Assembly: GCA_023213395.1 (NCBI GenBank)
Contig: CM041465.1
Span: forward strand, 196,237,741-196,301,740
Source: Cycas panzhihuaensis
Taxonomy: Eukaryota > Plantae > Cycadophyta
Reading direction: 5' to 3'
Length of the DNA stretch: 64,000 nt
Part shown: piece by piece, positions 1 to 11,399 of the stretch
How positions within the stretch are numbered: position 1 is the first letter of the stretch
Layout of the letters: each line of letters begins with the position of its first letter
Translations under genes and position numbers: made by a program
The notes under the pieces: generated by a model
The model's input: only the letters and a program-made list of their open reading frames with translations
The model's database searches: none
What the model was told of the DNA's origin: nothing

Positions 1-3000
1 TTTAGCAGTTGAATTTGTAACTATTTTCTACCATCTAGATCTCCATGATATTGGTGCTATTCCAAGAAATGTTACATACATAGACGTAGATCTTCCTGTA
101 TCTTTATCTCTCACAAAGTCTAAGTCTGTGTATGCAGAAAGCTTAAAGTCTGAATTAGGTTCATACAACAAACCATATTTTCTAGTCGTCTTAAGGTATC
201 TCAACACTCACATTACTACTTGCCAATGATTCTACTTAGGATTTGTCATGTAATGAGCAAGAATGCTGACAGAGTGTGTAATATCAGGCCTTGTATTAGT
301 AATGTAGATGAGACTACCTACAAGTTTCTTGTAGAGTATTATGTCTACCTCCTTAGTGTCACCTTCAACTGAGAGTTTGGTATTAGGGTCCATAGGTAAC
401 ATCACTGGTCGAGCATCTTCTAACTGAAACTTAGTTAGAAGATTGTTGATGTATTTTTCTTGGGAGAGGGAAAATTTTCTATTATTTTGTGTTACTTTAA
501 TTCCCAAGTAATATGTTATCAAATTGAGGTTAGACAATTCGAATGTTTTGTCAAGGTCCTTTTTCAGCTAGCTTATTGCCTGTTCACTATTACCTGTTAC
601 TAGCATGCCATCCACAAAGACTATGAGATAAGTGACTTTATCCTTATGCCGCTTAATGAATAATGTTGTATCAATATCTTGGTAGTTACAAATCTCATAT
701 CTAAGTTACCTCATTCTTTCAGACAACTTAGCAAACCAAGCACGAGGGGCTTGTTTAAGGCCGTACAAGGACTTTCTGAGCTTGTAAACCTTATGCTCTT
801 GACCTTTGATCTCATATCCTTCTGGTTGAGCCATGTAAATTTCTTCTTCAAGATCAACATTGAGAAATGCAGTCTTAATATTGAGTTGGTGGATTTTCCA
901 ACCCTGTTGAATAGCCAAGGGCACAAGAGTTCTAATTGTAGGCTAATTAGTTATAGGTACAAGGACTTAAGTGTAGTTGATATCTTCCTTTTGTGTAAAT
1001 CCTTTAGTTACCAACCTCGCCTTATGTTTTTCAAGGATGCCATCTAATCTATATTTATTTTTGAACACCTATTTATTTTAAACTACCTTTCTGCCAAGTG
1101 GTAGATCAATGAGCTCCCATGTACCATTCTTGATAAGAGATTAATACTCTTCATTCATGGCATTTCTCTAAGTTATGTGCTTTACAACTTCTTGGTATGT
1201 TAGGGGCTCTTCATTAAGAGTAAGGTACAGTTCTACTAGTTCAAGCTTAGTATATAATGATTCCTACATCCTTGCTCTATGGGCATTTTAGGTGCTAGTT
1301 TTACCCACCTCATCTGATCATATGTCCTTATTGAGCTAGTGGACTTCTCAAGATCCTCGAGTTGGGAATGAGGTCCTCATTTCCTCAACTTCCTAGTTCT
1401 CATCTTGTTCATTAAAATGATTATTTTTTGAGGAGGATGTTGATGCACCTAAGGAATATGGTCCTTCTACCACTATTTTACCTTTGTCAACTGAAGGTGG
1501 AGAGAATGGTTTTTCTATAATGGCTTTACCTTTGTTAACTCTACTATTTTCAAAGGATGGTACTGGATATGTACTCATCGATTCAGAGTCATAACTTATA
1601 TCCTCTGAGGCTCTATTGTCAGCTTCCAATATTTGGAGTAATTTATATCTATCCCCCACCCTGAAATTTTAGAATCTAAACATCATACTTGATAACATGA
1701 TTATAGTGGTGTAAGGGTACTTTGGAGTCTAGTTTAAGTAACTGATCCTCTGTCTCTACAAAAATGACATCTCTGGTAACAATAATTTTTCATTGTAAAG
1801 GTATGAAGACCTTATACCCTTTCTTATCCATAGGGTATCCAACAAAGATGCCTTTAAGTGCCCTTAGCCAAAGTTTATTTCAATCTGCATCCAGAATGTG
1901 GGTATAACATGTAGAGCCAAAAATTTTAAAATAGTGAATAATGGGGGCTTATCCTAACCACTTTTCATTAGGTGCTTATACTTCCTTTGATGGGATAATA
2001 GCATTGATACAATAAACAACTATCTAGATGGCTTCAGCCTATAGGTAGGTAGGTACATTTTTGTATATTAACATAGCTTGAGCCATGTTCATGATTGTCC
2101 TATTCATACGCTGAGCAACTCTATTTTGCTATGGGGTACCTGCTACTGTTGTTTGATGCTTGATGTCATTATCTCGAAGGTAACTTTTAAACTCATGTGA
2201 GGTATATTCACCACAATTATCAGTTTGAAGACATTTGAGTTAATAACCTAACTCCTTTTTAGTGAGGTCTTTGAATTCTTTGAATATATAGAAGACTTCA
2301 TCTTTTTTGTGTAGAAAAGCCACCCATACTTTTCTAGTGAAATTATCAATAAATGAGATGTAATATAATTTGCACTTTAGTGAAGGAATGGGCATTGGTC
2401 CACACAAATCAGAGTGTACCAATTGTAATGGATGGCTTGATTTCCACTGATTTTTAGAAAATGGTTGTCGATGATATTTGGCAATGATATAAGCTTTACA
2501 TTTAAAGGGCTTAGAGGAGAACTTTGGAAGATTTGGAAGAGTGTTAGAAAGATCTCTAAGTCTATCAATATAAACATTGCCCATGCTAGTATGCCAAAGA
2601 GCTTCTGGTGACAACATTGGACGAGTCAAAATAGAATTAAATATAAATTCTTCATCAGCAAAAGGGCTTTGGGCATAATGGGCTTCAGAAGATGGAGAGC
2701 CATTTAATAAAAAAAGTTTGCCAGAGAGATGTCTAGTCAAAACCACCTGATTAGTTGGAGTGTAAATGACATGGAGAGTCTGGTCATTTGTAGTTACACT
2801 CAGATCAAATCCACAAGAGACAAGTGTAGATAAGGAGAGTAGGTTTTATTTGAGATTGGGTATGTATAAGACATCAAGCAATGTAAAATCTTTTAAGCCT
2901 GGGAGTTTCAGGTGAATGTTACTAATTCCTTCAACAGGTTGTTATGATTTATTAGCCATATGAATAACTCCTTGAATATTTGAGTCAAATGTTTGATATA

Positions 3001-4249
3001 GACTACGATTACAAGCTATATGTTGAGTTGCTCTTATGTCCATGATCCACTGTCCATCAATTGAAGCCATATTATTGGCAATTCCAATAGGGCTTAGTAT
3101 TGGTGAAGGGAATTCATAAGTGATATATCCACATTGAGATTTAAAGTATCTCTTTGGTTAGTCAATGGCATTTGATACTGAAGATTCCTCAATTCTTTAA
3201 ACGTGTGTTTATATAAAACCTGCACCACTAAAGGATTCTTCACAAGTTTCTTCAACATTGTGAGCTCCATGTTTTGGTTGGACCTTGGCCAACTTATAAG
3301 TGGCAGTTCTGCAGTCTTTTGCTAAGTATCCTTTACGGTTATACCAATCATACATAATAGTTTGATTACCAGTCCTTGAAGAGGTATTGGTTTGGCCTAA
3401 CTATCTTGCTCTTTATTGAGGTGGCCCTTAGCCTTAAGACTATCAAGACTGTAACTGAGGGCTTGGTTGACCTTGTGGATGATTTTCCATGTTTCTTCCT
3501 CTTCCTCTTGCTCGGTTATTTCCTCTACCATGAGAGGGACCTTGATTTCTTGTGTAGTAAACTTATTCTTCTACCTCAAAGGCTATATTTGGAAGAGAGT
3601 CAGAGGCTACAAAGTTTATATCAAAGGTCCTAATAAATTCTATGAACTTATAAGTAAGTGCTTCAAAATTGAGTGTCTTCAATGTTCCACTAGATTGAAT
3701 ACTTTTAAGCAAGTTTTTATAATCAGGAACATGTAGACATGACTGGATCAAGAATGCCCAAGTGATACATTAGGTCTTAAAATTTTTATCAATTGCTTGT
3801 TTGATTGGTCGAAGGAGATTTCTTGTTTCATGAGATCATCCCTTCTGCATTTTTAATTTATTCATTTTTAGAACAAGATGAACAAATTCTAAATCTGATT
3901 TGGTATCAAAGTTCTTCTTGAGAACTTCAAGGACCTTCTAGGCTATACCATGTTGCTCTTCATTAATTAAGTTGTACAAGGAGTGATCAATAACCAACAG
4001 AATTCCTGCATAAATCTTTTAATCAACTATCTCCCATTGTAGTTTGGCTATAACATGTGTAGGAGTTATTGGGGTGGATCCACCAGAAGCGGATGTTATA
4101 GCTATTGCTGGTATGTTAGGTGTAGGCTACAAATGGGCTCTCCAAAGGCCTTCATACTTTGCAGTATTTTTAACTCCAGTGTACCATAGATCCTAATTTT
4201 CTTTGCCTTTCAATATGCAATTAACATTATGCTTGAATTGAGATGACAT
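1..4249 (-). pseudogene. Copia gag-pol pseudogene (many stops)
   Basis: Colinear with the gag-pol of 18961-26540. Interrupted mostly by TGG>TAG/TGA and CAA>TAA changes. Confidence 0.9.
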
Positions 4250-4529
4250 AGTGATGATGAAGAAGTAGAAGAGATGATAGAAGTATATGCCACTGACACA
4301 TGTGGCTAATACACTTGGCACAGTAGGGATATAGAAATGAATGCTATGATGAGAAGCAAGCAATAATTATGTATTTTTAATAACTATGAAAAATGAGTAT
4401 AAGTAATGATGCAAGAATGAGGCCTAATATAGAGCTATCAAAGAGTGGTAATGTGTCATGCCACTAACCTCTCACTTATGTCCAAATGTAGGTGAGGTTT
4501 CGATGCCGAAGGCTTTTAGTATATGATTA

Positions 4530-4895
4530 AGGCCTTCACCTACGATACCTGCACCTGCGCTTGGTGATAAAATCTAAGTCAAAGTGGAGCCTAGGTACTC
4601 CTAGTCCTCACCCAGTTCACAAGTGAGCAGCTATATACCTGCTCTGAAGAGTCAAATGGTACTGCATATCTCATGGCTATGATGAATATTGGACCAGGTT
4701 AATTTTAATCTTGCATTAAGGTTTTTAGTTTTCTAGGGTGGTTATCGGGATTATCCTTGATTGGAGGCCGTAAGTATAGCTAACCTATCCCTCCACCACT
4801 ATTCCAGTTAAGACCAGGCCTAGTATGAAACTCACACCTCCCTTAGGGTATGGACTTTGACTAACCTTAGTCTAATACAACCAAGGTGAGTGTGC
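4530..4895 (-). promoter_or_regulatory. Conserved structured block in the long copia 5' UTR
   Basis: Aligns well with 24690-25045 while flanking UTR aligns poorly. Several stems, some with compensatory changes. Confidence 0.55.
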
Positions 4896-6180
4896 ACATA
4901 AGTCAAGAACTGGTGGTATAGATCACATGGATGAGATTCATTTCAGGAATAGTATAAGATGTTTCTATATAACTGAAAAATGAAATAGAAAGTTGCCAAA
5001 TATGCTTACTTTCTTTTCATGCTTGCTTTGTTGTTGTTGCTACTTTATGTGATGCTTTATGCTTTGTATACAAATCGAAAAAGCATGCTAGATTTAGTAG
5101 GAAAACTAGATATTGCTTTCGATTTAAGGTTTTCCTTGCTTTAGTATAATGTTTCCAAATATGTTTTTGAAAGTTTTGATACAAAATCCATAATGGGCTA
5201 AAAATTGGATCAACTTGCTACTAAAATACTGATTTTTCTAAATCTATATACATGTTATTATACCTTATTTTGTGATTTTTTTATAAAATTTATAAATAAT
5301 GATAAATGGGCATAATTTTTAAAAATTACAAATATAAAGGCCTAAATGATGAAATCCAAATTTATGAAAGAAGGAATTATGAATATCGTTTCTAATAGAT
5401 TTGTTAAGTTAGATTTATGAAAGGCACAAAAAATTTTCTTCCTGAAAAAACACAAAAGTAAAATCCTACCAGATCCACTCTCTCAAAATCTAAACTTCAA
5501 TATGTCAAAAGTTATGTTTTAACATGTACATTAACTTTCCCTTCTGTACCATCTCTAAAATCTACCAAAAAACTGCCCAAAATGCCCTTGCAATGTCCTT
5601 TGTGGGGTTGAGTAGCCAAAATTAGCAACTGTGAAAAAAATATACAGATCTCACTAACAAGTGGATAAAATTTGATGAGATTTATCTTAAACTGATCCTG
5701 AGACATAAATCTACCAGATCCCTTAATAAAACTTTTAGATTTTCAATTAATAATTAAAGGATTTTAGTGAGAAAAGTGCCTTAAATCACTTATCTATAAA
5801 ATTTACCCTTTTATCTCAGCCAAAACTCACAGATGTAGGCTAAATCTAAAGTTTCTCTAGAATATAAAAATGATCCTCTATTCAAGGTGACCATGTATGC
5901 CAAATTTCATCAAAAATCTGAGATGGTTAAAATTTTTGTGAAAATTTGGTCCTTTAATGCTTTCGAGACTGTTTCGGCAGCCGAACATCTTCAAAAACAT
6001 GTATTCTTCACCTTTGAATTTCTTCACACATATAAAAAGTAGTAACATATAAAGTACTATAATTTTAAGCTCTCAAAATGTTAAAAAATGATGAACGCAC
6101 TCTCAATACTTCATATTGAAGGTGAAGGAGAGGCAAAATGACCCCATGCAAGTGGAACAGAGTGAATAGATCCACTTCTA

Positions 6181-6192
6181 GCTCTGATACCA
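6181..6192 (-). promoter_or_regulatory. PBS complementary to tRNA-iMet 3' end
   Basis: gctctgatacca is the reverse complement of TGGTATCAGAGC. Confidence 0.95.
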
Positions 6193-6194
6193 CT

Positions 6195-6431
6195 TGTCAC
6201 GGGCCACTGTTACACCAAAAGACCTAGAGTGATTTGAGAAGAGGACTTCCTCATGATAGTTAGCGTCACATACTCTAACACTCCCCCGTCATAAGGAGTT
6301 AGCTGTACCTACATGGCATGCATGTCCACCACAACATTCCTCAGTGCCACCCCCAACACCTTCACATATCTCTGGGTGCGCTACTGTGGTACAAAAGACC
6401 AGTTTTGAACCCTGGTCACTCTGATACCACA
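6195..6431 (-). mobile_element. TRIM-like one-LTR cassette (86-bp LTR 6195-6280, PPT 6281-6287, ~130-bp internal, PBS 6419-6430)
   Basis: Minus strand reads PBS TGGTATCAGAG, short internal, GGGGGAG, TGTTAGAG...GGCCCGTGACA, then a second PBS. Absent from the sister element at 26229-26243. Confidence 0.75.
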
Positions 6432-6742
6432 TGAAGGAAGGGTGGATCTATGGAATAAATCACTCACATACATACAATGGCAATAGAGAATGAAAAAGAG
6501 ATAAAATAAAATATAAGAGCAAGCTTGGAGGTGAAAATGAATAATGACTTCCTCTTTAAGATTTTACCTTTTATTATTAAGGGTGAGCATTAGGGTTAGG
6601 ATTTTCCTGCCTAATGACATAAACCTGAAATTACATCTAAATGCACATAAAGTGCATTTCATTAAGAGACTAATGCTAATAATATATCCTAAGGTCACAT
6701 AATTAATCTACACAAATGACCTTGATACATTAACCTCTTTCA
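6432..6742 (-). repeat. 5' LTR of copia 1-6742
   Basis: TG...CA ends, adjacent to PBS, similar along its length to LTRs 18961-19258 and 26243-26540 (gtggatcta..., atgcaca..aagtgcatttca, aatgacctt..cattaacc..tttca). Confidence 0.9.
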
Positions 6743-7598
6743 ACTATAAGTATCTATTGTATCTCCTTTACATAGATTCATCACATCTGTATATGGCTTC
6801 ATCACTCTTATATTCAGATCTTATCATCTCATTCAAATTTATCTAGCCCTTAAATTAAGATCATATATCATTAACGTACTAACATATTTAGATTTTTGGC
6901 TTATAAAAAACACCTCATGATTGGCTTCTATATTGGCTCTTTAACTGGCTCTATCACTACTTTATAATTAGCATATTGGCTTATCAATTAGCTCATATAT
7001 ACTTCTTCCTACTTGTACAAGATTTTTCATAACATAATTAATAATAGGCTCTGATACCATATTAGAAATGTAAATTTGATCTGATATCATATTAGAATTT
7101 AAAATTTGGGTTTGGTATTATTTTGTGATGTAATAAGTAGAACCATTAAAATATAATAAACATATATAATCATAGAATTATCTCATAAGGAATGTATATA
7201 TATAAATGAATAAGCATGAATATAAAATAATGTACTAGAAACATGTATCAATCAGCATTACCATAATAGAGATAATAGATTTATATGTGAAAAACTTAGT
7301 GTGGAAAAAACCACAAGAGAAGGTGGAGTTTGGAGCCTTTCTTTGATATTGGAATGAATACATCTCTAAGTCTTAGACCATTCTCAAGTTCTTAAGTGTT
7401 GTGTGTATATATTTATATCAATAGTCACCTCGTGAGTAGCCTATTGTTTCTCTTGAGCTATTTCATCATCTAATAGAATGTTTATATTAATAAATATGCA
7501 TCTTATATATCTCAATCTATCTAGTAAGCAAATTTGTATATGTGTCAATATCATTAACATTAAATATTACATATGTGATAATATCACATATTCCAATA
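6743..7598 (-). mobile_element. Copia-type 5' LTR (~7124-7598) + tandem PBS + 5' UTR remnant
   Basis: PBS gctctgatacca at 7048-7059 plus two degenerate repeats. LTR carries the gatttatatgtgaaaaac...aaaaaccac motif. Similar to 8750-9517. Confidence 0.65.
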
Positions 7599-8749
7599 AG
7601 GGTAGATCTCTCTATTTATTCTTCTATGTAGTTAGTGAACCCTCATTCATATGCTATTTAGACAATTTCCCTTCATTATTTTTCTTAGCTCCTTAGAGGT
7701 TCCAATTCTATGACAATGGTGTCTCACTTTCTATTCTTCAGTGTGTTATCTCTACTATGAATATTTACATGTAGTAGGATCATTGAGTAAACTTTTGCAA
7801 GCCATTTTTTTAATCTATTAATACCATAAGATGTTTCTTTATATTATTGCTAAAAATTTTGGGTGTATTATTCTCTATTGATTGAAAGTCTCTAATGCTA
7901 TTGCACAATAGAGGATTAATAGCTAGTCTACTTGAAGTATTTATAAAATCCATCATGATATTTCTCAATAACATAATAATAGTAACAAACTAGTAAAACC
8001 CTAACTTTAGTTTGCTTGAGACCCATATATGCCATATGCATAAATTTCATATCGAATACTAATTTTATTTTCTACCTTTTAATTATGTTACCTTATCATA
8101 TTCCAACATGTATAATTTATTTCAAACCCTTAATTTTGTGCCTATAACTTATCAAAAATCTACCACAACTAAAACAACATACCTTTTTAATTTGTTGTAT
8201 TTTCTATACCAAATACTTGTTATAATTGTCATAATGTTGATTCTATATGTATTTATGTTATTATTAATATACCTTGTGCTATATATCATTTATACATGAC
8301 TACTACCTATTTTACTTGTTAATGAGGTTTTTGGTTTACTTTTAATAGGCTTTCGCTTCTCATGTATTCTATTTCATCTCTTTAATACCTTCATAATTCA
8401 TGCACATTTATCAATAGCAAAATTTCTACAGAAATACCTTTAATTAGAAGAAAATCCATAGGCTAAAGTGGATAAAAAATTTCATGAATAAAAGCTATGT
8501 AAAAGAGATATTATCAATAACACTTATCTTATTACTACTAGTTACAATTTGGTAAAATGACCAGTTTCATAAATTTCAGTCACATTTGTAAGGGGTTAGT
8601 TTATATTAGTGAATGTAAATGGAAATAGTATCTTCTTTATCACATTTGGTGGACTAGATTTAAACATATATGCTTCTAATATGGTGTTAACATGCTAAAA
8701 TAAATTATCCATATAAATTAAATATCAACATAGCCATCAATTTTATAAT

Positions 8750-9517
8750 ATTTGTTATGCAGTTTTATCTCATTTGTATCTAACTTTATCACCTTTACTT
8801 GATTCTGAATCAACTTTACCTTGCCCTAGAATCTTAGTTATATGTCAATGGTATAATCAAGTTTTGGCTCATTAAAACACACCTCAAAATTGGCTGTTAT
8901 ATTGGCTCATACTAGCTCTTTAACTAGCTCAACTCCTAACTTTATATGGGCTTCAATCTACTTCACAAGATCTTTCATAATATGGATCTGACACCACATA
9001 AGAATTTAGAATTTAACTATGATACCTTATCAGAATGAACTCACTATACATAATAGAAGTATATTAAATATGTATAATGATTTCATCATATCTTAAGGTA
9101 TGTACATAAATCATGTATTATATAATCAACATATCAAACAATGAAATGAAATATAAACTATAAACATAATAATAGATATACCACAAGAGACAATAGATTT
9201 ATATGTAGAAAACCCATCATAAAAAAAATACTGGAGAAAGTTGGAGTTAGGAGTTCTTTGTTATGGTATCAAATAGTTATATAACCAAGTCAATATTTCT
9301 TTCTCATATTCTTGAGTGGTGTATGTATATATTTATAGATATGTCATCTCATAAATAACCTATACTATCTCTCAAGTTTTTTTATCATCCAATAGGATGT
9401 TTACATAAATAATCACATATTGTTATGTCTATTAATACTTTTATTGAGTGGGCTTTTATGTGGACCCATAATAATACATTAAACATTAGATATATGAAAG
9501 TATCACATATTCTATCA
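8750..9517 (-). mobile_element. Second copy of the same LTR + PBS + UTR remnant family
   Basis: Colinear similarity with 6800-7598 (aaaacacacctca..attggct; gagacaatagatttatatgtagaaaaccc; tatcacatattc). Degenerate PBS at 8985-8996 and 9016-9027. Confidence 0.6.
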
Positions 9518-11399
9518 TGAGGTTCTTTTACTTTTTTAGAGGGTTTCATTTTATTGATAACATTATCAATTTTGTTATCATAACTTTCCTTGACATCTTG
9601 ACCAAGACGTGGTTTTTTCTTCTGTAGTTACTATTTTTAATAGTTTATTTAGGGCTAAAATATTTAAAATTTTAAACTTCCATATTCCATAGTTCTTTCC
9701 ATTTAATTTGTTTAAGTTGGTCAAAACATACTGAACTATATTAATACTTGACACACTAAATGAACTATAGAAATTTAATAGTTTTAAAATATCTCTTAAC
9801 TAATAAATCTAAGTCTAGTTCAATTCTCCATTTCATGATTAAATAATCTAGCTTAAGTTTAGTTTTATTTTAAATACCAACTTTTGAAATCTCTATTTTT
9901 TAGTTCTTTGTATCAACCTCTAGTTTTAGAATTCTTAACCATCTAAGAATTTATAAAAAATACAAATTGGGTTTTATAAATTAGAAAAAAGCACTTAAGA
10001 TAGGAGCCAAAAAATAACTAGAAAATTTTTATGTGGTTCAGATTTTCTAAATTCTTCATAAATAAATGAATTCTTCATAGGTTGAAGCCCTCTACTTTTA
10101 GTAAGAATTATCCTTTATGGTATGAAACCCTTTACTTTGGCCATTACTAAGAAAATAGAGATTAAAAACTGAACCTATTAAGTATTCCTTTCAATGTCAC
10201 CTCAGGAATCTAATGTAGTGATTGTAGAAAAACTCTAAGTAATTGGAGAAAAACTAAGTAACTAAAAAAAATCCCTAGCAAAGCAAAAGAAAGAAGAAAA
10301 ATCTCCTTGATTAGAGAAAGCCTTGGCAACTAAAAAGCACTAATGATTAGAGAAAATCACCTTGCTCTTAGTAAAATTAGAGAAATATGTAAATAACTAA
10401 CTCTACAATAAAGGTGGCTCTAGCAATTAACTCTATAAAACCATCACCTTACTCCTAGAAAAACTAGAGAAATAAGTAAGTAACTGATTGTAGAAAAAAG
10501 GCATCTCTAGTAATCAACCTTGCAAAAATATCATCTTGCTTCTAGCAAAAAAATTTAGGTGCCACTTGATAAAAACCATTAATGAAAGAAGAAATAATAT
10601 GGAAATTCTTCATCATTGTAGATACAAATATCCTTCAATGATGCCTTTGCCCAAATATTTTTATAAAAAATCTCCTCTTAAAGAAATCAATCCACTAGGA
10701 AATGAAGAAAACTTGATTCAAATTTTTCTTGAAGTCCAAAAACAAAAAAATACGAATAAGACATTGATGTGATAAGTCAATTACAAGGAAACCAACTACA
10801 TAACATAGAGACCACAATAGGCATAACACTCTAATACCATTATGAAGCATGTAGAGGAAAGAATGTAAACCACAAGACAAAATACATAAGAAATATCTTG
10901 CTTTAAACTTTAGTTGAAATGTTTCATACACACATCCCTTCTACTTATAAGACCACCACCAATTAACTTAATGAGGGTGCATGAAGAATCAAGAAAAGGT
11001 AAGTAAGTTACAATGAATCATTAATAAGGAACTAAATAATAGTTAGAAAATAATAATTATTTTAATGCTTTTATTTTAACAGGATTATTGTTATTTAGAA
11101 GGGTAGGGGATTTCTTCCCAATTTCTTAAGTTTATTGCATTCTAAGTAATTATCGGTATTTGTTTTGTGGTAAGTACACCAAAGGCCTCTATTTAGATGG
11201 TACATAACCCCTTTCTCTTGTTTCTACTCAATAAGATAAATAACTTTGGAGTCTTAAGGGGTGTCAGTGTAGGTACTAGGCTTGGTCATTATGGACCTCT
11301 TGAATATTGACACTACTAAGGTGAGCTAGTCATATGTCCTATTACTTTAAGTAGGTTTTAAATCTTAAGGATGCTCATGCTTAAGTATAGGGGTTTGGA

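Larger units (their letters stand above)
1..6742 (-). mobile_element. Ty1/copia LTR retrotransposon, degenerate, 3' end outside window (same family as 18961-26540)
   Basis: Minus-strand fragments: RT (IHQLNIKTAFLN..EEEIYMAQPEG..LYGLKQAPRAW, ORF 706-924; YYLGI..TRPDI, ORF 232-537), GAG-pre-integrase/IN (LWH..C..LQLVHSDLCGP, ORF 2240-2746) and gag starting MSSQFK at 4249. Order gag-PR-IN-RT is copia. PBS at 6181-6192; 5' LTR at 6432-6742. Confidence 0.95.

Noticed and set aside
6195-6431. Cassandra-type (5S rRNA-bearing) TRIM or a tRNA gene
   Set aside because: No 5S A/C-box sequence is recognisable. The gaccag/ctggtc hairpin with a B-box-like loop next to the PBS does not extend to a cloverleaf.
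7048-7120. CRISPR-like repeat-spacer array
   Set aside because: The spacers are copies of each other, the repeat is the retroelement PBS, the context is eukaryotic and there are no cas genes.
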